The notes beneath the pieces are model-generated. The model was not told where the DNA came from. It worked only from the letters and a program-made list of their open reading frames with translations, and did not search any database. A program made the position numbers and the translations under genes. This document shows positions 17,318 to 26,200 of a DNA stretch of 64,000 nucleotides, in pieces; the first letter of the stretch is position 1, and each line of letters starts with the position of its first letter. The stretch comes from a virus (taxonomy: Duplodnaviria > Caudoviricetes): the IMG/VR virus record IMGVR_UViG_3300028886_000041; one strand, given 5' to 3'.

Positions 17318-17541
17318 TTTTGTTCCCTTTTGTCTTTCTTCATATACAAACGTTTAATTATACAATTATTCCAAGGCCAATCATAAAATCCAGAACTAAG
17401 CAAATCTTCCATCTCTTCTAAATTATGATGATAGATAGTTGCATCTTCAAGTTTATCTACAAAAACAACAGGAGATTTCCATAAATTGTCGCATTTTAAG
17501 TAGGTTTTATTTTTTCTATTATAAACTATTGATTTTGCCAT
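17314..17541 (-). CDS. hypothetical protein
   Basis: ATG 6 nt after promoter motif 17548-17564. Confidence 0.7.
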   Translation of the reverse strand: MAKSIVYNRKNKTYLKCDNLWKSPVVFVDKLEDATIYHHNLEEMEDLLSSGFYDWPWNNCIIKRLYMKKDKREQK

Positions 17542-17547
17542 AATGAT

Positions 17548-17564
17548 ATTTTAAAAGAGAGTTA
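17548..17564 (-). promoter_or_regulatory. TAACTC-N5-TAAAAT promoter (second copy at 17610-17626)
   Basis: TAACTC TCTTT TAAAAT; TAACTC TTAAA TATAAT. Confidence 0.7.
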
Positions 17565-17575
17565 TTTTTTAAAAA

Positions 17576-17607
17576 TAAAAAACCATAAGGAATTTTTCCT
17601 TATGGTT
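17576..17607 (-). terminator. intrinsic terminator
   Basis: AACCATAAGG/CCTTATGGTT hairpin followed by a T-tract on the minus strand. Confidence 0.75.
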
Positions 17608-17737
17608 ATATTATATTTAAGAGTTATTTTAAATTAAATTATCAATTATTTTTTACATGATTGATCACTCGTGTATTAAAAGTTTTACCTTTATCAGCTG
17701 CATTTATATTAGAAAAAGCAGCTGTTCTATTCATAGA

Positions 17738-19613
17738 TGGTGCATGACCGGCTCCGCGCTATTTCACGCGCTCGAGCAACCGAGAAACATCATGATTACC
17801 GTCACCGAAAAGATACGCCCAGTGTGTTATTCCTCTGAGCCCTCGTCGGGTTCGTCTATCGCCTTGCCGTTGTATCGGTCAGCGATAGCCTGAACGTTGG
17901 ATATGCCGAGACGCGCGACGTCGTCCGCGTTCAGGCGTATGACGCGCCCTGGTGCGACAAGTCTGCCGCCGTCTGTGTAGATGTCACCGCAAACTTCGAT
18001 GACCTCGATTTGCAGGTTTTCGTTATCGCCGATTTTTATGCGTGATTGATTTTTCATTTTACATTATGAGTTCGTCGTATGTTATCGCCGCTCGAAGATT
18101 GACGATTCCAGTTCCGGCGGCGTTGCGGAAAATGGAAATTGGAATGTTGTAATCGCCGCCGCCCCAGCAGTTGACAGACTGCCACGTGCGCGCGGCGGAG
18201 AATGTTACCGAGGAGGTGTATCCGCTCGCCGATACGCGGAGAGTTAGCGCTTTGTCGCTCCAAAGTTTGAGCGTGCAGACGCACTTGCCTGCCGCAGCCA
18301 CGACTGTCGAGCCGCCTATTCTGGCGCCCGTATTCTTGGACAAATCGAGCGAGAAATTATCGTAACAAGCCGACGCGGGATTTCGGTTTTTGTCAGCGCT
18401 GACGCCGAGCCCGACGGGAACATATCCCTCGTGAAAATTAAGGTGGTTTCCGTTTCCGGACAGGTCATGTATTTGAGGCCCTGAAAGGGCGTCGTCGGCT
18501 TCGCAGAGGACGTCATCGGCGGTCGTTATCGAAAATCCTGCGACGGATATGGCGTAGTCGCCGTATGTGGGTGAGTTTGTCGGTGAGACGAACAGCGCGG
18601 GAATGTAAAGGCCGTCCTCAATGCTGTCAGTTATGACGGCGTCGTATTCGTGCCACGAGGTGTCGGGTGCGGTCGGCGCGTTGATTTTGACGAGTTGCTG
18701 CTCGGAGATTTCGGGCCCCCATATATAGACGCCGAAGAAGACACTGTCGGTCGCGCTCGTGAGCTTATTCCACTTATACTTAAACTTTATGCGGTATTTG
18801 CGCGTCGATGTGTCCGTCTGAAAATGCCCGTAAGAGTTGCTGAGCGCAGCTTGTTCGTAGATGTTGCCGCTGCCGTTCATCGCGAGGTCTATGGCGTAGC
18901 TCTCGCCGTCGGGCAGGTCTGACGCTCTGTTTTTAAGATAAGACACAAGCGGGCCAGCTACCCAGTCGCCATTTTTAACGGACGAGTATTCCTCCGGCGG
19001 CGTGGTGATGTTCCACGCGGACGTGGACGCGCCCATTGTCGTGTCGGTCGAATATCCATATCGACTGCGCAGCGCACGCGGAACGGATTTCCCCGCGCGG
19101 TAGTCGGCGAACGTGTAAGGCGCGTTCTCGTCCAGAATATCGAAGTCAAAAACCGCAAGCCGCGAAAAGCTGCTGTCGCCATTCGCATAAGTGGAGTTGA
19201 AGCCGAACTCAGTGACGGACGTGGAGAAAGACAGGCTCGTAGCCGCGAGAGACGAATCGTTCGCGGCGATTTTTATTTTTCCGTCGGACGTCCAGACGAA
19301 CGCGACGCAGTATATCGGCGCGGCGGGAATATTGTTGAGCGTGACAGTGTCGAGCCGTTGGTCGTCCATAATTGTGAAAAACGCCGTCGCGGACGACGTG
19401 TGTCCGCCGAATGGGCAGCCGAACATTGTAAACAGCTCCGACTCGTTCATGCTGTCGGTCGTGAATACAAACGAACAAGTTGGCTGAATGTTATAATTTG
19501 CCCGATTGCAGGAGACCTTTTCGGCGCCAGCTGGCGCGTAAAATTTGCCGATGCGCTCTCGCATTAAAAATTCGCTCGAGGACTGAGCCACCTCGAGAAT
19601 TTCGTCGGAAATG
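17738..19613. other. GC-rich horizontally acquired cassette
   Basis: Sampled 60-nt lines inside have 28-40 G+C against 9 in a flanking line; abrupt edges. Confidence 0.9.
17827..18057 (-). CDS. small protein accompanying the fibre C-terminal domain
   Basis: 76 aa, starts 1 nt after the upstream stop, GC-rich codons. Confidence 0.7.
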   Translation of the reverse strand: MKNQSRIKIGDNENLQIEVIEVCGDIYTDGGRLVAPGRVIRLNADDVARLGISNVQAIADRYNGKAIDEPDEGSEE

Positions 19614-20068
19614 TCACCACTTAAAGTAGCACCATTGATAGTTGGTTTGTTTTCTAAATCGTTATAACTAACACTTAAATCAACAGTGGAAAGATCACCA
19701 CTTAAAGTAACACCATTGATAGTTGGTTTGTTTTCTAAATCGTTATAATCTGATGTTCCACCATCATTTAATAAATATACTAATTTAGCATATCTCGGAT
19801 ATAATCCTTCTTTTCCAGATAAGGGTGGTATAACAGATGAATCTATTTCAACTAACGCACAATCTTCAGCATGTGCTGGATTATACGGATTTTCCGGGTG
19901 AATATCGTTATTATTGCCGTTATTTACGTTATAAACAAATGTAGCATATCTTGGATATACCCCTTCAAGCCCTGTTAGAGGAGAAACAACCGATTGATCT
20001 ACCTCTGTTAAAGTTAAATCTTCAGCATGTGCTGGATTGTAAGGATTTTCTGGATTAATAGTTGACAT
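18059..20068 (-). CDS. chimeric tail-fibre/receptor-binding-like protein
   Basis: AT-rich repeated N-terminus (ENPYNPAHAED x2; YNDLENKPTING.TLSGD x2) fused to a GC-rich beta-rich C-terminus with LamG-associated DLSGNGNH motif; start 8 nt after TAAATA. Confidence 0.7.
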   Translation of the reverse strand: MSTINPENPYNPAHAEDLTLTEVDQSVVSPLTGLEGVYPRYATFVYNVNNGNNNDIHPENPYNPAHAEDCALVEIDSSVIPPLSGKEGLYPRYAKLVYLLNDGGTSDYNDLENKPTINGVTLSGDLSTVDLSVSYNDLENKPTINGATLSGDISDEILEVAQSSSEFLMRERIGKFYAPAGAEKVSCNRANYNIQPTCSFVFTTDSMNESELFTMFGCPFGGHTSSATAFFTIMDDQRLDTVTLNNIPAAPIYCVAFVWTSDGKIKIAANDSSLAATSLSFSTSVTEFGFNSTYANGDSSFSRLAVFDFDILDENAPYTFADYRAGKSVPRALRSRYGYSTDTTMGASTSAWNITTPPEEYSSVKNGDWVAGPLVSYLKNRASDLPDGESYAIDLAMNGSGNIYEQAALSNSYGHFQTDTSTRKYRIKFKYKWNKLTSATDSVFFGVYIWGPEISEQQLVKINAPTAPDTSWHEYDAVITDSIEDGLYIPALFVSPTNSPTYGDYAISVAGFSITTADDVLCEADDALSGPQIHDLSGNGNHLNFHEGYVPVGLGVSADKNRNPASACYDNFSLDLSKNTGARIGGSTVVAAAGKCVCTLKLWSDKALTLRVSASGYTSSVTFSAARTWQSVNCWGGGDYNIPISIFRNAAGTGIVNLRAAITYDELIM
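19614..19748. repeat. 54-bp direct repeat (19614-19667 and 19695-19748, one mismatch)
   Basis: TCACCACTTAAAGTA[G/A]CACCATTGATAGTTGGTTTGTTTTCTAAATCGTTATAA twice, 81-nt period. Confidence 0.95.
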
Positions 20069-20094
20069 TATACAAATATTTATCAAAAATTAAT

Positions 20095-20120
20095 AAAAAA
20101 GAGAAGGATAATCCTTCTCT
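20095..20120 (-). terminator. intrinsic terminator
   Basis: AGAGAAGGAT/ATCCTTCTCT hairpin plus T-tract after the paralogue triplet. Confidence 0.75.
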
Positions 20121-20145
20121 TAAAAACATAATATTTTTAGTTAAA

Positions 20146-20808
20146 TTAATTAGTGAGTTTGCGCATTGTAAGGGCCTTTTTAATAGCTTGAAGTTCTTCA
20201 AGATTTTCCTTACCCCCACTAAGTAACATTTCGTTTTCAACAAGATCTAAGACTTTAATGCCCTTATCAACTGGCATTTTTGTTAAAACATCCCTTTTAA
20301 TCATATCCCAGATATAATTAACACTGTTTCCCATCCCCGGTATTTTAGCAATAACCGTATCGTAGTCTTGCATAATCAAAGCACAAACCACAATTTTACC
20401 AAGCGGTGGTTGACAATTATTTAACTTCCAATTGTTTTTCTTTAACTTATCGTAAGCATTGGGTGTTTTACAAAATACAATAGCACTGAGTTGCAATACA
20501 ACTATATCAGAAACATTTGTTATTTCTTCATGAAACATATTGTAATAAGGACTGAACATCACGTATGCCTTAAGTGTTGAATTTCGTTGTTCAACTGAAG
20601 TAGCGGTGTTAAATAAACTCATAGCTGTTTCCGAAGATTTGAATTTATTAAACTCCTTATCAAAATCCGCTTTGTTTGCTAAAATATAATCATTTTTAGC
20701 GGAATATGTATCATTAAACGGAAATTCCGAAATGAGTTGATTAAGGTCTTTTGCAAAAACGTTAAGACCAATTAATGTTGTGATTGTTAAAATAATAAGT
20801 TTTTTCAT
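20146..20808 (-). CDS. secreted protein, tandem paralogue 3
   Basis: Signal peptide then AKDLNQLI; ends KKALTMRKLTN. Confidence 0.85.
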   Translation of the reverse strand: MKKLIILTITTLIGLNVFAKDLNQLISEFPFNDTYSAKNDYILANKADFDKEFNKFKSSETAMSLFNTATSVEQRNSTLKAYVMFSPYYNMFHEEITNVSDIVVLQLSAIVFCKTPNAYDKLKKNNWKLNNCQPPLGKIVVCALIMQDYDTVIAKIPGMGNSVNYIWDMIKRDVLTKMPVDKGIKVLDLVENEMLLSGGKENLEELQAIKKALTMRKLTN

Positions 20809-20834
20809 AGTTTTTATAAGTTGTTATTTTTGTA

Positions 20835-21497
20835 TTAGTTAGAAATTTTACGCATTGTTAATACTTTTCGAATAGTCTGACAATCTTCAAAATTAGTATT
20901 AAGATCGTTTAACAACATTTCATTTTCACAAAGATCTAAAATTTTTATAGCTTTATCATTCGGAGCATTTGTAATTACTAATTTTTTGATAGAGCCCCAT
21001 AGATAGTCTACGGTTTTACCGGAACCAGGTAAAAAAGAAATCAATAAATCAATATCTTGTGCATGAATGAGGCATGAAATAATATGGGGTTTATTAACGT
21101 AAACATTATTAATAGTCCAATTATTAGCTTTTAATTTGTTATATTTAGCTTTATTTTCGACAAATATTCGTGCACTAAGATGCAGTGCGACCAAATCATT
21201 GACATCAGTTATTTCACTATGGAACATTGAATAATATATAGTAAATAATCCATATTGTGAATCTGATGTTTTTCTTTCATCAGAAGTAGCAGTGGCGTTA
21301 TATGGAACCATAGCAAGTTCTGAAGATTTAAATGTATTAAATTCTTTGGCTATATCTGTTTTGTTTGCGCTAACATATGCGCGTTTTTCATAAAAAGTTC
21401 CATTTGTGGGAAACTCTCGAATAAGTTGATTTAAATCTTTGGCATACATAGATATACCAAAGAACAAAGTAAATAATGTAATAAGTATTTTTTTCAT
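20835..21497 (-). CDS. secreted protein, tandem paralogue 2
   Basis: Signal peptide then AKDLNQLI; ends RKVLTMRKISN. Confidence 0.85.
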   Translation of the reverse strand: MKKILITLFTLFFGISMYAKDLNQLIREFPTNGTFYEKRAYVSANKTDIAKEFNTFKSSELAMVPYNATATSDERKTSDSQYGLFTIYYSMFHSEITDVNDLVALHLSARIFVENKAKYNKLKANNWTINNVYVNKPHIISCLIHAQDIDLLISFLPGSGKTVDYLWGSIKKLVITNAPNDKAIKILDLCENEMLLNDLNTNFEDCQTIRKVLTMRKISN

Positions 21498-21511
21498 AGT
21501 ATTATAGTAAA

Positions 21512-22177
21512 TTAGTTAGCAAGTTTACGCATCGTTAATGCTTTTTTGATGTTTTGACATTCTTCAAGATTTGTCTTAAGCCCTTTCATTAGCATTTCTG
21601 TTTCGCAAAGATTAAGAATCTGAATGCCTTTATCTGTTGTAGTTTCACGAAGCACAGCCTTTTTAATCAAAGTCCAGCAGATATCAACAGCGCCTCCAGA
21701 CATAGGAATAACAGCGACAGCGGTATCAAAATCTTTAGATTCTAAAGCAGCAGAAAGAATTTGGTTCTTCTTAATTGAAACGTTACCAATTTTCCATCCA
21801 TTAGCTTTAAGCTCCGCATATTTATCAAGTTTTACACAATATACCCAAACACTAAGGCGTAAGGATACAAGATCAGGAACATCATTAGTTTCACCATAGA
21901 ATTGAATATACCAAGTATTAAAAAGACTATAAAGTTTATTAGCTTCTTCTTTTTCCGCATCGGTAGCGTTTTGTTTATAAGGAGCTAAAGCAATAGCTGA
22001 TTTTTTAAATGAATTAAAAGCAGTTGCTAAATCGTCCTTATTTGTGGCTGTATATATGTACTTTTGACCTCGTGTTCCATTTGCAGGATATTCAGACAAA
22101 AGCTGGTTAAGATCCTTAGCATACATCGATACACTAAGAATTAATATTGATATTGTTGTTAATATTTTTTTAATCAT
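21512..22177 (-). CDS. secreted protein, tandem paralogue 1
   Basis: Signal peptide then AKDLNQLL; ends KKALTMRKLAN. Confidence 0.85.
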   Translation of the reverse strand: MIKKILTTISILILSVSMYAKDLNQLLSEYPANGTRGQKYIYTATNKDDLATAFNSFKKSAIALAPYKQNATDAEKEEANKLYSLFNTWYIQFYGETNDVPDLVSLRLSVWVYCVKLDKYAELKANGWKIGNVSIKKNQILSAALESKDFDTAVAVIPMSGGAVDICWTLIKKAVLRETTTDKGIQILNLCETEMLMKGLKTNLEECQNIKKALTMRKLAN

Positions 22178-22179
22178 GT

Positions 22180-22590
22180 TTATTTAATGTTAAATTTATT
22201 TTTAATAAGATTTATTTTTTGTATATTCGAAGTGGCATTCAAATAATCAATTCTAAAATAACCAATATCTGTCGCATTATCAGCTATCGCAATAATCATA
22301 AATACATCTGGATGTTTTTGTTTTAAATAATCCATATATGTAGCACTTATTTTTATAAATTGAGATGTTTCAATTTTGAATGTATTTATTTTATTTAATT
22401 CCTTAACTATTTTAACATCATTAATAGTTTTTTTCAAATCTATTAATTGCTGGATATCATCAGTAGCAGAATAACAAATATTAGCAGTTAAGGCTGATAT
22501 TGATATTAAAATAAAATTTATAAATCGTTGTGTCATTTTTTGCATTATTCTAAAGTTCCATTTTGATAAATTATAGTCGGGGCAAACCAA
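22180..22590 (-). CDS. secreted hypothetical protein (real start probably near MTQRF)
   Basis: Signal-peptide-like MTQRFINFILISISALTANICYS. Confidence 0.6.
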   Translation of the reverse strand: MVCPDYNLSKWNFRIMQKMTQRFINFILISISALTANICYSATDDIQQLIDLKKTINDVKIVKELNKINTFKIETSQFIKISATYMDYLKQKHPDVFMIIAIADNATDIGYFRIDYLNATSNIQKINLIKNKFNIK

Positions 22591-23324
22591 ATACGTTTGC
22601 CGTTGTAATCTTTTTGATGTTCTATTCTATTTTTTATAGAAACAACTATAGTATTATTGGGATCTGAAAAAATTTCTCGTATATTTTGTGATTCGGCTGT
22701 TGAAACCCCATTAATATCTGTAGTTACTCCATCTAGGTTCGGATAAAACTCAATAGTTGTTATTGATTTATCAGTATAATAACTTAAAGAAATATCTTCT
22801 TCGGTAGCAATACTCCAATTATGACTATTCCAATTATAATTTAATCGTGTTTTTGGGGATACACATGGATTATTTGTGCTAGGTAACGAAACGTAATAAA
22901 ATATTTTACAATTTGGATCATGTACCGTTTTGTTATTATGATAAGTACTACCATCTGCTCCGACAGTTGATGCGTGATAAATTAAATAACCTTCTTTATT
23001 TAAAATTTTTAATTCCGCTTCACACCCGTAATATAATCGATATGATGAGGCGGGAATTGTTCCCCAATAAGTGTTAACCCGCACACAAATATAAGCAGAT
23101 GCGGCAGATCCTAAATTATTAGCACTTATAAATGTTGAAGTGCTCGGATTTACCAATTTACCATTACTATCAACTGTTACTATATTATTAGTAGTTGTAA
23201 ATTTAGATCCATTGGGATATGTTAATTTACCGTTACTGTCAACCATTACTGTCCTATCTGCATACAATACAGAACAATAGCACATTAAAATACATGAAAC
23301 GAATGCAATGAAGTATTTGGACAT
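22545..23324 (-). CDS. secreted/structural hypothetical protein
   Basis: Signal peptide; VDSNGKL x2; ATG 6 nt after TAAATA. Confidence 0.75.
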   Translation of the reverse strand: MSKYFIAFVSCILMCYCSVLYADRTVMVDSNGKLTYPNGSKFTTTNNIVTVDSNGKLVNPSTSTFISANNLGSAASAYICVRVNTYWGTIPASSYRLYYGCEAELKILNKEGYLIYHASTVGADGSTYHNNKTVHDPNCKIFYYVSLPSTNNPCVSPKTRLNYNWNSHNWSIATEEDISLSYYTDKSITTIEFYPNLDGVTTDINGVSTAESQNIREIFSDPNNTIVVSIKNRIEHQKDYNGKRIWFAPTIIYQNGTLE

Positions 23325-23344
23325 ATAAAATATTTATTTAATAT

Positions 23345-24160
23345 TTACACATTAATACACACATCTGGAATAAAATGCGACGTACTATCATAATTAACAT
23401 ATCCCAAACTATTCTCGCATATTACAGTATCATTTACTACAAATTGTTTAGTTTGATGGGTGTGTCCATATATCCAAACAGCTGGGGCTTTTTTTGTTAT
23501 CAATTCTGTCAAGTCTGTTGAATATGCACTATTTACTTTAGACGATCTATAACAGTCATCAATACATTTAGGATGACAACCATGATGAGTAACAAATACC
23601 ATTTTATATGGTTTTCCATTATGTTTATTTTTAATATATGGTGGTACCTTAGCATTATTTAAAAATGAATATGTATTCAAATATTCTTGGATAGAAAGAC
23701 CCGGATTAAATTTTACATTATCATCATACATAATACAATGATAATCATTCATATCTCGCGCCACATCAACGTATTCTAATGGATTAATATTGGACCATAA
23801 TGTTGCCCCGTATAACAATATATTATAATCTTCTTTTGTTGGAATATCGATAAAATTATTGTTAATCAACACTACATTATCCCTTAAATTATACTTACGG
23901 GGGGTTTCTTTAATATGAAACCCACCATAGTATTCATGGTTTCCGGGCACAATAATCGTCATTTTCCATTTTTTATTACAATAATCCAAAAAATCATTAC
24001 AATAATTTTCATATTGTAATTTGCCATCGGTTTGTTTTAGATAACCAAGGTCGCCAGCTATCACCAAATAATCAGCAATAGGCAATATAGGAGTTTCTTT
24101 AATAAATGCTTTATTATCAGGAAACTCTAAATGTAGATCAGAAACGTATTGAATTTTCAT
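23345..24160 (-). CDS. calcineurin-like metallophosphoesterase
   Basis: SDLH, AGD, GNHEYY, THH, GHTH motifs. Confidence 0.93.
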   Translation of the reverse strand: MKIQYVSDLHLEFPDNKAFIKETPILPIADYLVIAGDLGYLKQTDGKLQYENYCNDFLDYCNKKWKMTIIVPGNHEYYGGFHIKETPRKYNLRDNVVLINNNFIDIPTKEDYNILLYGATLWSNINPLEYVDVARDMNDYHCIMYDDNVKFNPGLSIQEYLNTYSFLNNAKVPPYIKNKHNGKPYKMVFVTHHGCHPKCIDDCYRSSKVNSAYSTDLTELITKKAPAVWIYGHTHQTKQFVVNDTVICENSLGYVNYDSTSHFIPDVCINV

Positions 24161-24627
24161 TGTATTTTGTAAATGTTTTCTATTCTTACTGTTTTGTATT
24201 TGTTTCTTATTTTTCTAAAAAACCATGAATTATCTTTATCTGGATAAATCCATATAGGTAATTTTAACCTACGAGCATAATTAATCACTTTAGAAAATAA
24301 CCAAGTACCTAAACCAAGTCCTCTATACAAAGGTCTAGTAAAATACATTGATTGTATTCCTATTTCATCATTTATAACACCTTTAATATAAATACACCAT
24401 CCAACAACTTTATGATTTCGAAATGTATCTTCTATATAATAAGCACCAAAATTAATAATTTTATCGAAAATTACATCCGATTTAAGTTCATTCTTTTTAA
24501 GAACTAAACTCTTATAAGTAGAAAATATCAAACCCCGAGGCCTTTTACATGTCTTTAATTGATTTAATATAAATGCGCTAGGTAATTTTCCTTTAGGTAA
24601 TTTATGTATTTTAAATCTATTTTTCAT
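24157..24627 (-). CDS. GNAT acetyltransferase-like protein
   Basis: FTRPLYRGLGLGTWL acetyl-CoA motif A. Confidence 0.75.
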   Translation of the reverse strand: MKNRFKIHKLPKGKLPSAFILNQLKTCKRPRGLIFSTYKSLVLKKNELKSDVIFDKIINFGAYYIEDTFRNHKVVGWCIYIKGVINDEIGIQSMYFTRPLYRGLGLGTWLFSKVINYARRLKLPIWIYPDKDNSWFFRKIRNKYKTVRIENIYKIQ

Positions 24628-24908
24628 TATGGATGTTCAGCGAAATAAGTTAACTCATCTATATATTCTTTGCTTTTTTCAGAAATAAATTTTTCTATAT
24701 AAACAGGTTTTATCCAACTATCAGAAGACGTAGTATTAATTTTTAATTGTTCTGCTTTATTTAAAATTAATTCAACACCCTGTAATAACGCACACCAACG
24801 AGAAAATTCTTCAATGGGCATATATTCGGTTTCATTATTTAAATCTAATCTTATTGAATTATCGTAAATAAAATCTTTAATGTTATCATTTTCATATACT
24901 TCATTCAT
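24627..24908 (-). CDS. hypothetical protein
   Basis: 93 aa; promoter motif at 24919-24935. Confidence 0.7.
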   Translation of the reverse strand: MNEVYENDNIKDFIYDNSIRLDLNNETEYMPIEEFSRWCALLQGVELILNKAEQLKINTTSSDSWIKPVYIEKFISEKSKEYIDELTYFAEHP

Positions 24909-24921
24909 ATTTCTTTAAATT

Positions 24922-25569
24922 TTATAAAAGAGTTAATTGTAATAATTTATCTGCAACTACTCTAGTCATGTATACATCGTTTTTCAAATATTCTAAAGCT
25001 TGTTGTTTAGTTTCAGGATTATTAAGTAGAATTGTAAATTCGGAACCTTTACCATTTTTACCTGATAAACCAAAATATTTCGCAATTCTATCTAATGGTG
25101 TTTTATCAGGAAGCCCACAAGACCATATAACCATCAAATCAATACACTTTGATTCTAGATATTTTCCCATAAAAATATGCGGGACATTAATACCGTTTTT
25201 CCATGAACGGCGAATCATAAAGGGAATATCAAAATAATTACTATTAAATCCTACTATATAATCATTTTCTTGATATAAGTCCCACCATTTAGTCAAAATA
25301 TCTTTTTCGTCACCGTATATAATGTTAGTTTCACTAAATTGTTTAGTAACATTATCATATATGCAATATCCTAATGCAGACACATAACCTGTTAATGCAG
25401 ACAAGGGTGCTTTTTTACCTTCGAGATATTCTTCTTTTGCTTCCTTAAGATATGCATCAATACTTTCTTGTTTTTTATAATTACCCGGGGCATTAAATTC
25501 CGGCATTACTTTTTCTAACTCTTCTTTAGAAAGAGCACCAGTTTCAATATCAAATATCAAATACTTCAT
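24922..25569 (-). CDS. DnaQ/PolB-like 3'-5' exonuclease
   Basis: ExoI FDIET, ExoII GFNSNYFDIPF, ExoIII YLKNDV. Confidence 0.9.
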   Translation of the reverse strand: MKYLIFDIETGALSKEELEKVMPEFNAPGNYKKQESIDAYLKEAKEEYLEGKKAPLSALTGYVSALGYCIYDNVTKQFSETNIIYGDEKDILTKWWDLYQENDYIVGFNSNYFDIPFMIRRSWKNGINVPHIFMGKYLESKCIDLMVIWSCGLPDKTPLDRIAKYFGLSGKNGKGSEFTILLNNPETKQQALEYLKNDVYMTRVVADKLLQLTLL

Positions 25570-25593
25570 GATTTTTCCTAATTTTACTTCGTT

Positions 25594-25833
25594 TTACTTA
25601 TCTAACAGTATATTATGTTTTACATCTAAAAACATTGTATAAGCATCTATATAATTCATTATTATATCGTCAATTTTTACTATTTTATCTTCAGGAATAG
25701 CAGATAGAAAATTTTCACATTCTTTACTATACCCTTCAGTTTCAAACGTTTCTAATTTTTCTGTTACTTCTTTGATATATTTCGTTAATTTAATAACTTG
25801 TTCGTTTATCTTTTCGAATTCAATTGTATCCAT
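25594..25833 (-). CDS. hypothetical protein
   Basis: Start taken at MDTIEF to avoid overlap. Confidence 0.6.
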   Translation of the reverse strand: MDTIEFEKINEQVIKLTKYIKEVTEKLETFETEGYSKECENFLSAIPEDKIVKIDDIIMNYIDAYTMFLDVKHNILLDK

Positions 25834-25837
25834 AATT

Positions 25838-26200
25838 TTAAAAAATATTTCTAAATAATCGTTTAAATATATCATTAATTGAAAAATCATCCGATATTAC
25901 TTTATTTGGTTTAATATCATTGATTATTTCATTATTTTCTATTTTTGTTTTATTTTCAGAAAGAGTTATTTTTTTATTTAAAAACCGTGTTTCAACTAAA
26001 TTTCCTTTATTATTATATCGATATAGAATATAATGATTTTTATCTATATCTTTATTAAACACAATAACAGCAACGCTTTCTTTGTCATCGCAAATATCAG
26101 GACCAGCTATAATATCTCCAGATACAGCAACATAAATCGTATTATAAAAAGTATCTTCAAAAACTATCGTATTATTTTCAATATCAGTATTTATTATCAT
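25838..26200 (-). CDS. hypothetical protein
   Basis: Start at MIINTD, coupled to upstream stop. Confidence 0.6.
   Translation of the reverse strand: MIINTDIENNTIVFEDTFYNTIYVAVSGDIIAGPDICDDKESVAVIVFNKDIDKNHYILYRYNNKGNLVETRFLNKKITLSENKTKIENNEIINDIKPNKVISDDFSINDIFKRLFRNIF

Noticed and set aside
17657-19567. Many overlapping short ORFs in the GC cassette
   Set aside because: Shadow ORFs expected from stop-codon scarcity in GC-rich DNA, overlapping the main gene.
19614-19748. Diversity-generating retroelement TR/VR pair
   Set aside because: Both copies are in frame in one gene, differ at one base, and no reverse transcriptase is present in the window.
25953-25968. Extra TAACTC copy inside a gene
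   Set aside because: Followed by GAAAAT rather than a TA-starting hexamer and intragenic; not counted.
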